From a virus, in IMG/VR virus record IMGVR_UViG_3300018013_000001, positions 6,028-70,027 of that record: DNA of 64,000 bases; one strand, 5' to 3'. A program made the position numbers and the translations under genes. How positions within the stretch are numbered: position 1 is the stretch's first letter; every line of letters begins with the position of its first letter. Below, one piece after another: positions 55,433-64,000 of this stretch. Below the pieces are notes generated by a model that saw nothing but the letters and a program-made list of their open reading frames with translations, made no database searches and was not told where the DNA came from.

Positions 55433-56472
55433 ACGGCTTACTCAGAAAATTCGCTTTCGGGTTATGCGTAGTGCTGTGCTGCCTACCTGCCCACGCGGGC
55501 TGGACACTCAAAAATTCCACAATCACGGCGGGAAGCACAGCGAATCCTTTCGTCATGGGCGCCTTTGCTCATCCCCTTACGCCGGGGAGTATCATCATCG
55601 TGAGTTTCGGGGCCAATGGGACGAGTATCCCAGTCCCAACCGATGACGCTGGGAACACTTACTATGACTATGGCGGAGGTCCTGTTCAGGATCATTTGAC
55701 GCTCTATGATTACAACTTTTATGCTTTGAACACTCACAGCACAGCCTTAAATAAAATCTACATCTCCAACAGTGGCGGGTCCTTCATTTACGGTAGCGTC
55801 GGTTCAGAGTGGACGGGTGGCGTGCCATCCAGCCCAGTTGATGTTTATGCCATTACTGCATTGGGGATCGCGGGCAGCGGCACTGATAATGCTTCGACGG
55901 CATCCGCTGACACCACTCAAAAGGGCGATTTGATTTACGGCCACGTTATTTGTTGGGGCGGTCCTGCCCATTCGGCTGGAACAGGTTTTACCTACATCGG
56001 CAACAATAACTATCCAGGAGAGTACTTGATTCAATCCTCACTGGGAACAGTGGCCGCAACTTGGACAGTGGGTTCTGGAGACTACTACGGAGCGATCATG
56101 GTAGCGTTTAAGCAGGCTCCCATTGTCAGCCTTTCGGCTTCTACTTTGGGCTTCGGAGCTTGGCCAGTCGGCGTCACAAGTTCTTCCCACACGGAAACGA
56201 TTACGAATACCGGCATCGTGGATTTGGTCATTTCGACAGTTACGATCACGGGCACGGATTTTGGAGACTTCTCGAATGTAGCCGATACGTGCAGCGGCGA
56301 GACCGTCACGTCCGGCAATACCTGCGCGGTTAGCGTGACGTTCACGCCATCTGCGATCGGAAGCCGCAGTGCTTCGCTGAATTTTGCCGACAATGCCAGC
56401 GACACTCCACAGGCAGTGGTTTTGGCGGGAACGGGTGGAGTGGCCAACAGTGGCCACAGCGGGATCATGTAG
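55423..56472 (+). CDS. Exported beta-sandwich protein with C-terminal ASH/Ig-like domain
   Basis: FGLCVVLCCLPAHA|G signal; L.FG...VG.TS....TITNTG...C.V.VTF.P...G.R...L...DNA...PQ.V.L.GTG. Confidence 0.75.
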   Translation: MPVNGLLRKFAFGLCVVLCCLPAHAGWTLKNSTITAGSTANPFVMGAFAHPLTPGSIIIVSFGANGTSIPVPTDDAGNTYYDYGGGPVQDHLTLYDYNFYALNTHSTALNKIYISNSGGSFIYGSVGSEWTGGVPSSPVDVYAITALGIAGSGTDNASTASADTTQKGDLIYGHVICWGGPAHSAGTGFTYIGNNNYPGEYLIQSSLGTVAATWTVGSGDYYGAIMVAFKQAPIVSLSASTLGFGAWPVGVTSSSHTETITNTGIVDLVISTVTITGTDFGDFSNVADTCSGETVTSGNTCAVSVTFTPSAIGSRSASLNFADNASDTPQAVVLAGTGGVANSGHSGIM

Positions 56473-56492
56473 CATGATATGATGGAGGTGTT

Positions 56493-59400
56493 ATGATGCG
56501 TTTCAAAAAACTTGGCTGTCTCTTGATCCTTGGTTTATTCCTTGCAATTCGTGCTCCCATCCCAGGATTGTCACAGGGAAACTCGTGCGGCATCTCCGGC
56601 GCGTGCAAGGGAAACATCACGACCAACGGTGACGCTGTGATCCTTCCCGTCCCCCAGGACACCGCGACCATCGTTGTGACCGTGGCTGGCACATGGACAG
56701 GAACCCTTCAGTTTCAGCAAAGCTCGGACAGCGCCTCGACCTGGCACTCCTCGAGCGGGAATCCACAGCCTTCAGGAACAGGGGCAACGTTCACCACGGC
56801 CAACGGGCAGTGGCGCTTCGTCGGTTCTGGACTCACAAACTTTCAGGTCATAGCCTCCGCAACGATCAGCGGAACGGCTAACGTAACCATAACTCCATCT
56901 AAGGGATCCGCGGCATCTGGAGGATCCGGATGCTTCTCCGGGGGCGATCTGACAGGATGCTCGCCAAACCCTACCGTGGCCAACGCGAACGGGGTGCCCC
57001 TTCCGACGTTGGCCGGGCAGTCTGGATATTTGCTGGACACCAACGGGACTCTCTCGCTGAACGCTGGCATCGCGGTAGCTCATAATCTTCTTTCAGCCAC
57101 GCACAGCGACACCACTCCGGCCGCCGTCGAACGCGGCGCCATTATCACCGGTCAGGGTGTCAATCCAACTTGGGCAAAACTTCTGGCAGGTGTTCAATAT
57201 CAAAGTCTCGTGATGGGCGTGGCTGAACCCGGATGGGGCGCGCTTGATCTTAGTCAAGCGGCGGCGGTCACGAACAACCTCGGTACGGGGCATGGAGGAA
57301 CCGGCGCCGCCACTGCTGCTGCGGCCTTAGTCAATCTCTTGCCGGCTGGAACGAGAGTTGGTGACATGCTCTATTGCACAACCTATGCGGCTGGTGCTTG
57401 CTCGGCATGGACGCTGCTCGCGGGGAATACCACGAGCACCGCTTGGCTGCAAGAAACCGCTGGCGGCGTCGCGTCCTGGACCGTACCTCCGGGGGCTGCG
57501 CCTGCTGGCTCTGGCAGCGAGGTGCAATACCGTTCCAGTGCCTCGGCTTTCGGGGCCGTCACGGGATCGAGCTTCAGCGCAGGGGCGCTGACACTTCCCA
57601 AAATCATTGGGACCGCGTCTACCACGGCAGCGGCCGCATTCAACATCCCAAGCGGCGTGGCTCCAACAACCGGACTAGGCACTGGAGACCTCTGGAATCT
57701 TTCCGGCATCCTGCAATTCTACGATGGCACTAACACGCAGTCGGTGGCTACGATTCAAACTCCAAGCGTGAACGGCAATTATGCCTCGTTCAGTGGCACC
57801 GGTGGGCTGCTGCAAAACAGCGGATATGCTGTGGGCAATGCCGTAAACTTCAACGGGGCTGGCGTTTCCATCAACATCCCCGTACTGGCAACGAATGGTT
57901 CAGGCCAGCTTGTGGCATCCACGGGGCACCAAGTATCAGTTCCTCTGGCTTGCGTGGCCGGTGGGGGCTCGCACACGGCCTACACCTGTACGACCGCGCC
58001 GACTTTTGCCCCTGTTGCCGGAGATGAAATTCTATTCAAGGCAGATGTCGCCAATACGGGGGCCTCAACGCTGGTTGTCAATGCTCAGGCGGGAACGCCT
58101 GCGATTGACAAGCAAGGGGGAGCTACAGCGCTTTCGCCTAATGACCTGTTGGCTGGCCAGTATGTATTCATGATTTTTGACGGCACGAACTGGACGATGC
58201 AAGGACAATCAGGAAACGGTATCGGCGGGGCTCTCCAGGTTTCAGCGAATACGCTGAATAATACGAACACCACCTCCCAAGTGTTGATTACAGGCGGCAA
58301 TGATGCTTCTTCAGCCGGGACGGTTGGGCCGCTCAATCTGCGTGGGGGAAACCAGACCGGCACGGGTGGAGCAAGTTCGCAGGGTGGCAGCGCTTGGTTA
58401 CATGGCGGCAATAACGCTGGAACCAATGCAGGTTCACAGGCGGGGAACGTCGAAATCATAGGCGGTGAGTCTACGGCAGGAGGAAAGCAGGGTCTCCAGG
58501 TGAGTGGCGCATGGTTCGCCAAGGGTGTAGGAACTTCGACACCGTGGAACCTGCAATGCCTGACTACGGCGATGACCGTAAATGACTGCGGGGCATCGCC
58601 GGGCAATTGGCTGGGAATTGCCGCTCTGGTACACACAAGCTCGGTGGAAGTAATCTTCCCGACTGCCGAAACGCTCGTCAACGCGAGTGCTGCGGTGACG
58701 CTGGGGGACACAGTCTGCGCAGGATCGACAGCAGGTCAAGTTACGGATTCCGGCGGGACATCTACCTGCACCGCTACGCAAGGCTCTCAGCTCGGCGTCG
58801 TCATTGCGACGAGCGGTACGTGGACCCTGCCTGACGGGACTACATTTACACCTACCACGACCTTGCCACTCATTGCAGTACAGACCGCAGTGCGGGCATT
58901 GAACATGACAGGCGCTACCGACACGATTCTAATGGGTAACGATGCGGGCGTCGGGTCCCTTCCAGCCTATAAGACTGGTCCTTCAGGTGGGACTACCGGA
59001 TGTGCGGGTGCTACCGATACGCCGACCTACAACACGTCAACCCATGCTTGGGGATGCCACCAGATCACGCCAGGTACGGGCACTGTCACAGCCTCGGGAA
59101 CCCCCGCTCAGTACGATTTCCCCTACTGGACCACCGCGACCAATTTGACGAAGATCACCGCACCCACCACCAAGGGCAAGTTTTCTGTCGGCTACAATCT
59201 CCCCACCGACGCTGCGGCGGCTCCCAGCGTCATGCAGGTTGGCTATGGTCCCCCTCGTGGCGTAACAGGGACGACAAGCACAGATACAGTCTTATTCACC
59301 GACTGTAATAGCGGTATCCTATTTCAAACATCAGTCGCAGTGGGCGAAACTCTGCCTACCGCGACGACGCTTGAGAATGCGGCCTGCAACATTCAAATGG

Positions 59401-60974
59401 ACAACCGCACCACTGGTTCTAATACAGCGGTGACGGTCACGCCCGCGACCTGGCAAATCAGCAAGAACGGGGGCACGCCGGGGGCGACGCTTACCATAGA
59501 CCAGGGCCAATCGTGCTTCGTGTACGTAATCCCGACAGGCGCTGGGTGGGATGCCAACTGCCACAATGCTACGCTTGTCGCGGGGACAGGCATCGCTTTG
59601 ACACGCGCTCCTGATACTTTGACTATTGCCAATACAGGTGTCACGAGCGTAGCGACTGCGGCTCCTCTGAGTGGTGGGCCGATTACTTCGACAGGCACTC
59701 TTTCTTGCCCCACCTGCCTAACCGGTCCCAACGTGAACACCGTGGGTGGGATCATCGGGACGGATTTTGTACAAGGTGTACAGGCTGCTTCCAGATTCTA
59801 TGCTTGGTTCGCCAGTGGGCAAGCGAGCAATCAGCAGTTTGTTTCTCCTTTGACGGTGTGGCTGTCAAACTTTACGGCGCTTGTTTACGCAGTTCCCAGT
59901 CCTAGTAATTACTCTTCACTCCAAACAGGGCTTGCCGTGACAACTGGCAATACGGTTAGTCTTCCCTATTGGACGGTTCCTGGAAGCACGGCTGCGGGTG
60001 CAGTTGCTTCTAGCGCAGATCAGGGACTCCGCCCGTTGCTGGTTCCGCAGGGCTTGGCAATTTCTATACCGGCTAACGGTGTCGGTGGACCGCTTTTATC
60101 GAGCTACACTGCCGAAATATTGGGTTCGACTGCACAGATTCTCGGCACCAATCTCAATGCGGCCACGGTGGGGACTGGCGCTATTGTCTACACTTCATTT
60201 TCTCAATCTACTACTCCATCAGCTACCGAAACAACCGTGGAAGTTCCAGTTCCGTGGACTTTAGGTGGTACGGCGAAAAATCTTTGTTGGTATCAGAGTA
60301 CGGCTAATGGAGCAGGTGGAGCACTTACGGTTACACTTCGGCAGGGAGTGGGCGCGGCTGGAGCTTTGGGGGATACAACTCTGACGCAAAACTCACCCTT
60401 GAGCATGGGTTTGAACAACGCCTATTGTGACTATTACGCAACCACAAGTCATAGTGTGGCACTTGCACAAGGGGATCGAATTACGCTCGGACTCGTCAAC
60501 GGAAACGCCTCTGCCGCATCCGGCGCTGTCGAGGGGTTTTCGATGCAGGTTGATCCCAACGGCCTTGCTAATGGTTGGATCATTTTCGGTCTGAACAGTT
60601 CGACGTTGCCTAATGCCTCCGCTACCTATCTCTGTCCCTTTACAAATCGCCAAACCACCACGATAACCTCGGCTTCGGCTGGGATGCCAGATGCTAGGGT
60701 TGCCGTGAATCTCATTGGCTATTGTACCGCTGCTCCGGGCACCGAACCGGCTACGTTCACGCTCTACAAAAATGGCTCTCCCACCAGTATCGTTGCCACG
60801 ATCCTTACGGCCTTTAGTGCTCCAGGGGAAATTTCTGATTTGTATGCGAGCACTGGTCATTCAGTGGCCTACGCCGCTAAAGACATATTCACATTGAAAT
60901 ACAACCAACTAGCGACAGGTACGGCACCGACATGCACAGCGTTCTCTTTAGAGACTGCTTCGGCAGCGGAGTAA
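56493..60974 (+). CDS. Very large Gly/Thr/Ala-rich fibre/adhesin-like protein with signal peptide
   Basis: MRFKKLGCLLILGLFLA; GGTGAATAAAAL and TGVTSVAT...LSGGPITSTGTL fibre-type motifs. Confidence 0.7.
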   Translation: MMRFKKLGCLLILGLFLAIRAPIPGLSQGNSCGISGACKGNITTNGDAVILPVPQDTATIVVTVAGTWTGTLQFQQSSDSASTWHSSSGNPQPSGTGATFTTANGQWRFVGSGLTNFQVIASATISGTANVTITPSKGSAASGGSGCFSGGDLTGCSPNPTVANANGVPLPTLAGQSGYLLDTNGTLSLNAGIAVAHNLLSATHSDTTPAAVERGAIITGQGVNPTWAKLLAGVQYQSLVMGVAEPGWGALDLSQAAAVTNNLGTGHGGTGAATAAAALVNLLPAGTRVGDMLYCTTYAAGACSAWTLLAGNTTSTAWLQETAGGVASWTVPPGAAPAGSGSEVQYRSSASAFGAVTGSSFSAGALTLPKIIGTASTTAAAAFNIPSGVAPTTGLGTGDLWNLSGILQFYDGTNTQSVATIQTPSVNGNYASFSGTGGLLQNSGYAVGNAVNFNGAGVSINIPVLATNGSGQLVASTGHQVSVPLACVAGGGSHTAYTCTTAPTFAPVAGDEILFKADVANTGASTLVVNAQAGTPAIDKQGGATALSPNDLLAGQYVFMIFDGTNWTMQGQSGNGIGGALQVSANTLNNTNTTSQVLITGGNDASSAGTVGPLNLRGGNQTGTGGASSQGGSAWLHGGNNAGTNAGSQAGNVEIIGGESTAGGKQGLQVSGAWFAKGVGTSTPWNLQCLTTAMTVNDCGASPGNWLGIAALVHTSSVEVIFPTAETLVNASAAVTLGDTVCAGSTAGQVTDSGGTSTCTATQGSQLGVVIATSGTWTLPDGTTFTPTTTLPLIAVQTAVRALNMTGATDTILMGNDAGVGSLPAYKTGPSGGTTGCAGATDTPTYNTSTHAWGCHQITPGTGTVTASGTPAQYDFPYWTTATNLTKITAPTTKGKFSVGYNLPTDAAAAPSVMQVGYGPPRGVTGTTSTDTVLFTDCNSGILFQTSVAVGETLPTATTLENAACNIQMDNRTTGSNTAVTVTPATWQISKNGGTPGATLTIDQGQSCFVYVIPTGAGWDANCHNATLVAGTGIALTRAPDTLTIANTGVTSVATAAPLSGGPITSTGTLSCPTCLTGPNVNTVGGIIGTDFVQGVQAASRFYAWFASGQASNQQFVSPLTVWLSNFTALVYAVPSPSNYSSLQTGLAVTTGNTVSLPYWTVPGSTAAGAVASSADQGLRPLLVPQGLAISIPANGVGGPLLSSYTAEILGSTAQILGTNLNAATVGTGAIVYTSFSQSTTPSATETTVEVPVPWTLGGTAKNLCWYQSTANGAGGALTVTLRQGVGAAGALGDTTLTQNSPLSMGLNNAYCDYYATTSHSVALAQGDRITLGLVNGNASAASGAVEGFSMQVDPNGLANGWIIFGLNSSTLPNASATYLCPFTNRQTTTITSASAGMPDARVAVNLIGYCTAAPGTEPATFTLYKNGSPTSIVATILTAFSAPGEISDLYASTGHSVAYAAKDIFTLKYNQLATGTAPTCTAFSLETASAAE

Positions 60975-60975
60975 A

Positions 60976-63810
60976 ATGCGAAAACTGATCCTCATCCTCG
61001 CTTTTCTAGCTTTCCCGGTCCTGGGCTGGGCGACAGCCTGCGACGTGCCGAACTCCGCTTGCTATGTGCGTGCGGGAGCCACCGGGACAGCCGACGGGAG
61101 CGACTGGACGAATGCCTACACCGTGCTTCCGGCCACGCTGACGCGGAGTTACACCTACTATTTGGCCAGCGGGACGTATCCCGAGTACTACGCGAACACG
61201 GCGAACTCAGGAACCACAACGATCACCATCCAAGCGGCGACCACAGCCAGCCACGGGACGGCGGTGGGCTGGTCGAGCGCCTACGCCACGGACGTTTCAG
61301 GCCCAGCGATTTTCAACGCCAGCACGGGAGGCACAGGGCTCAGCTTCAATAACAACTCCAGCTATTGGAACGTGACCGGAGCCGGAACCTACACGGGCAT
61401 GGGCTGTGGTCCTGGTGGTGCGGGCTGCGGTCTCAAGATTGACGGGAGCGCTTGCACCTCCGCGTACTGCTACAACTTGGGACTCTGCCTGGCCGCCTAT
61501 CACGGCTGGACTTCCTGCCCGCATGACATCAGCGTGAGCTATCTCGAAATCCTTGGCGCTGGGTTCGCCAACGCGGACACCCACGTAGACAGCAACGTCC
61601 ACATGGATTCGGACGGATGGACAAGCAGCAATGGAGGCGGGAGCAACTTTACGCTCTCGCACCTGTATCTCCACGGTTCGAGCGGCGGTCCCTTTTTCAC
61701 CGAGTTCGTCACCGGCATCACTCTCGACCACTCCTACATTACCGGCAACGTCTCGACCTCCACCCACCACGGCGAAGCCTGGGCGGACATGGGGTCGAGC
61801 AACGTCACGATCAGCAACGATAACTTTGAGGATGCAGAAGGCTCAGGCTTCATTGTGGAGCTTGACCGGGGCGGCTGCACGGCGTCCTGCATCGCTAATA
61901 ACTGGTTGATGTACGGGGACATTTTCTATTACGACAATGGGAACACTCGAAGTTGCACCACTGCGCCGTGCAACACCGGAATCGGCGATGGCGTGATCGA
62001 CTGCATCAACGGGATGATCTGCACCGGATGGGTGATCGAACAGGACACTTTTGCGAATCTGTATGGGATCAATGCCGCGCTATGCGAGGACTGCACCGCC
62101 GAGGGCAACGTAGCCTCTACCTGGACCGTCCGAAACAACCTCTGGTACGGCAACACGAATGGCGGTATCGAGATGGGCTCCGAAGAACACAAATGCGCGG
62201 CCTGCACGGTGACAGAGGACTACAATTCGATTTTAGGGTACAACACCGGAACCTTGGACACAGGGTTTTTCAGCGGGGCGCACGACGTTATCCTTGTGGC
62301 GACGCCGAGCAGCCCGTTTGTGTCTTGGACAGCTAATCCGCCCAATTTTCACCTTGTTGGGGACAATGCGGACTGGAATGGAGGCGTCACACTTACCTCT
62401 CCATACAATATTGATCCCGATGGAGTAGTACGTGGGATCAGTGGATCCTGGGACCGAGGAGTTTTCCAGCTTACTGGAGCCCCAGCGGGTTGTGGACCAG
62501 GAACCGATCAAAGTCTGTGCGGCAATGTGGGCGACCCCTATGCGGGTGGGGGGGCGCCGACGCCAGATGCCACGATTGCTGCGTGTGGCGCGCTGACTCC
62601 GGCAAGTCCCGGTTACGTTTACCGCGTGACGGCGAATATTGGAAGTGACGCCACCGCAAATTGTATCACTTGGTCTTACACGAACTCGTTTGTGCTCGAT
62701 TTGTACGGACACACAGTCACGGGGATGATCCACGGAACCAACTCCCCTTACGGCCTGACCATAATGAACGGCACGGTGAACTGCAATTCCGTGGCGACCG
62801 GCTGCGTGGATGTCGGTCAGGATGCGACGGCGGCAGCCTATGACAAGATTCACCACCTGACGATCAACCAGGCGGCCCTCGGCGGGAGGATTATCAATTT
62901 CAACCAGAACAATCTCTACTCCCCTGTGGCTACCCGGTATATCCAGGTGTACAACGTCCAAGGCACGCTTCCCAATGCGAGCGAGGATGGCAACCGCGCG
63001 TACTTCGTTTGGGTAAACGGCGGCAACACCGTCCCGGCAGAAGTATGGAATTCTACCGTTTCCCCCGGTGCGAATCTGAATGCCTTCCAGGGAATCGCCA
63101 TGTATGCGACGCCGGGGAGTCTGGTGCGGAACAATTACATCATCCTGCCACACCCAACCTACGACACGGGTGTGTACGACCCGCCCCGCGCCATCCTGTT
63201 CGACTGCGAGGGGAAGGTGGGAAGCCCGTGTGGCGGCAACGAGGCAGCGTACAACCAGATCGTCGCAGATGTGAGCCGAGCCATCCGAGTCAGGGCGGAA
63301 ACTGGAGACCTGATCCACGATAATCTCCTGCAAGATTGTAGGTTTGCGGCCATAAGCGGTGGCTGCATCAACATCGGGGACACCGACATTCAGGGCGAAG
63401 CAAGTTCGGCGGAGGTTTACGCTAACACCATCGAATTGAACGATGGGAATGGGATCAACCTGGGCGGAGACAGCCACAGCACGGCAAACGTTCACGGCAA
63501 TACCGTCACCTGTTACCTGGGAAGTTGCAGCAGCGCTCTCTGGTTTGCCATGACGCAGATAACCGAGTCGAGCTTCACGCACCCCATTGCTGGCCCGACC
63601 TTGACGGTTAATAACACAGACTTTCCTGCTGGATGGGGAAGCAGAAATGCGGTCTTATCGTGCGGGCCAGCAGGCAACCCGAGTTACGTCTGCGGCGTTG
63701 CGGATGACACCGCGAGCGTGATCTCCTGCAATACCGGTGTGGTGGTCGGAAACGGAAACAAGACATCGGATTGCTTTGCGCCCATAAATTTGCGGGCGGT
63801 ACCGCATTAG
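60976..63810 (+). CDS. Exported Cys-rich parallel beta-helix protein
   Basis: MRKLILILAFLAFPVLGWA signal; YV.AGA.G..DGSDWTNA, NN-rich beta-helix repeats, D.DG..R....WDRG.F motif. Confidence 0.75.
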   Translation: MRKLILILAFLAFPVLGWATACDVPNSACYVRAGATGTADGSDWTNAYTVLPATLTRSYTYYLASGTYPEYYANTANSGTTTITIQAATTASHGTAVGWSSAYATDVSGPAIFNASTGGTGLSFNNNSSYWNVTGAGTYTGMGCGPGGAGCGLKIDGSACTSAYCYNLGLCLAAYHGWTSCPHDISVSYLEILGAGFANADTHVDSNVHMDSDGWTSSNGGGSNFTLSHLYLHGSSGGPFFTEFVTGITLDHSYITGNVSTSTHHGEAWADMGSSNVTISNDNFEDAEGSGFIVELDRGGCTASCIANNWLMYGDIFYYDNGNTRSCTTAPCNTGIGDGVIDCINGMICTGWVIEQDTFANLYGINAALCEDCTAEGNVASTWTVRNNLWYGNTNGGIEMGSEEHKCAACTVTEDYNSILGYNTGTLDTGFFSGAHDVILVATPSSPFVSWTANPPNFHLVGDNADWNGGVTLTSPYNIDPDGVVRGISGSWDRGVFQLTGAPAGCGPGTDQSLCGNVGDPYAGGGAPTPDATIAACGALTPASPGYVYRVTANIGSDATANCITWSYTNSFVLDLYGHTVTGMIHGTNSPYGLTIMNGTVNCNSVATGCVDVGQDATAAAYDKIHHLTINQAALGGRIINFNQNNLYSPVATRYIQVYNVQGTLPNASEDGNRAYFVWVNGGNTVPAEVWNSTVSPGANLNAFQGIAMYATPGSLVRNNYIILPHPTYDTGVYDPPRAILFDCEGKVGSPCGGNEAAYNQIVADVSRAIRVRAETGDLIHDNLLQDCRFAAISGGCINIGDTDIQGEASSAEVYANTIELNDGNGINLGGDSHSTANVHGNTVTCYLGSCSSALWFAMTQITESSFTHPIAGPTLTVNNTDFPAGWGSRNAVLSCGPAGNPSYVCGVADDTASVISCNTGVVVGNGNKTSDCFAPINLRAVPH

Positions 63811-63818
63811 GAGCAAAC

Positions 63819-64000
63819 ATGAAACGACTTCTACTTTTGGTTGCTAGTGTTTTCACAGTTTCAGTGGTTGCCGCTGCGCAAGCGCCAACCCAACTGGCCG
63901 TCTCTCTGCAATTCATTTATGGCTCCTGGCCAGTTTGCACGGCCACGGTGACGACAAATTGCATCGCCGGGTTCAACATTTACGATACGACCACGACAAA
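63819..64000 (+). CDS. Exported protein, possibly Fn3-like (3' truncated)
   Basis: Manual translation MKRLLLLVASVFTVSVVAAAQA...CTATVTTNCIAGFNIY; AGGAG RBS. Confidence 0.65.
   Translation, partial: MKRLLLLVASVFTVSVVAAAQAPTQLAVSLQFIYGSWPVCTATVTTNCIAGFNIYDTTTT

Noticed and set aside
52115-63810. Diversity-generating retroelement or invertible fibre cassette
   Set aside because: No reverse transcriptase, invertase or template/variable repeat pair was noticed in the window.

Overview
The whole window is a contiguous stretch of a tailed dsDNA phage or prophage genome with a contractile (myovirus-type) tail. The host is uncertain; the style of the small and secreted proteins suggests Acidobacteriota (inference). 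Gene order on the + strand: 3' part of a GH108-type endolysin; a small non-autonomous IS1595-derived element carrying a PAPS-reductase-like gene; an early recombination/replication module (RHH regulator, DUF932, putative annealing protein, PD-(D/E)XK nuclease, DnaQ-like exonuclease, initiator, DnaB); accessory and DNA-modification genes (DUF3800, C5 methyltransferase, HNH proteins, SNF2 helicase, N4/N6 methyltransferases); packaging (TerS, intein-containing TerL, portal); head, neck, sheath, tube, chaperone, tape measure and baseplate; then large fibre/spike-like genes. No integrase, tRNA, rRNA or CRISPR array was recognised. Most notable: (1) a ParB-methyltransferase locus split into short cassettes by three different microsatellites, with the methyltransferase apparently out of frame; (2) a TerL intein whose HNH homing endonuclease is a nested gene in another reading frame; (3) five consecutive tail-fibre/spike-like genes that all start with Sec-type signal peptides; (4) an EcoHK31I-like C5 methyltransferase with an overprinted second subunit; (5) an 18-bp TATAA-centred palindrome in four intergenic sites, plus several structured intergenic RNA candidates. 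All family assignments come from motif recognition by eye, not from database searches.
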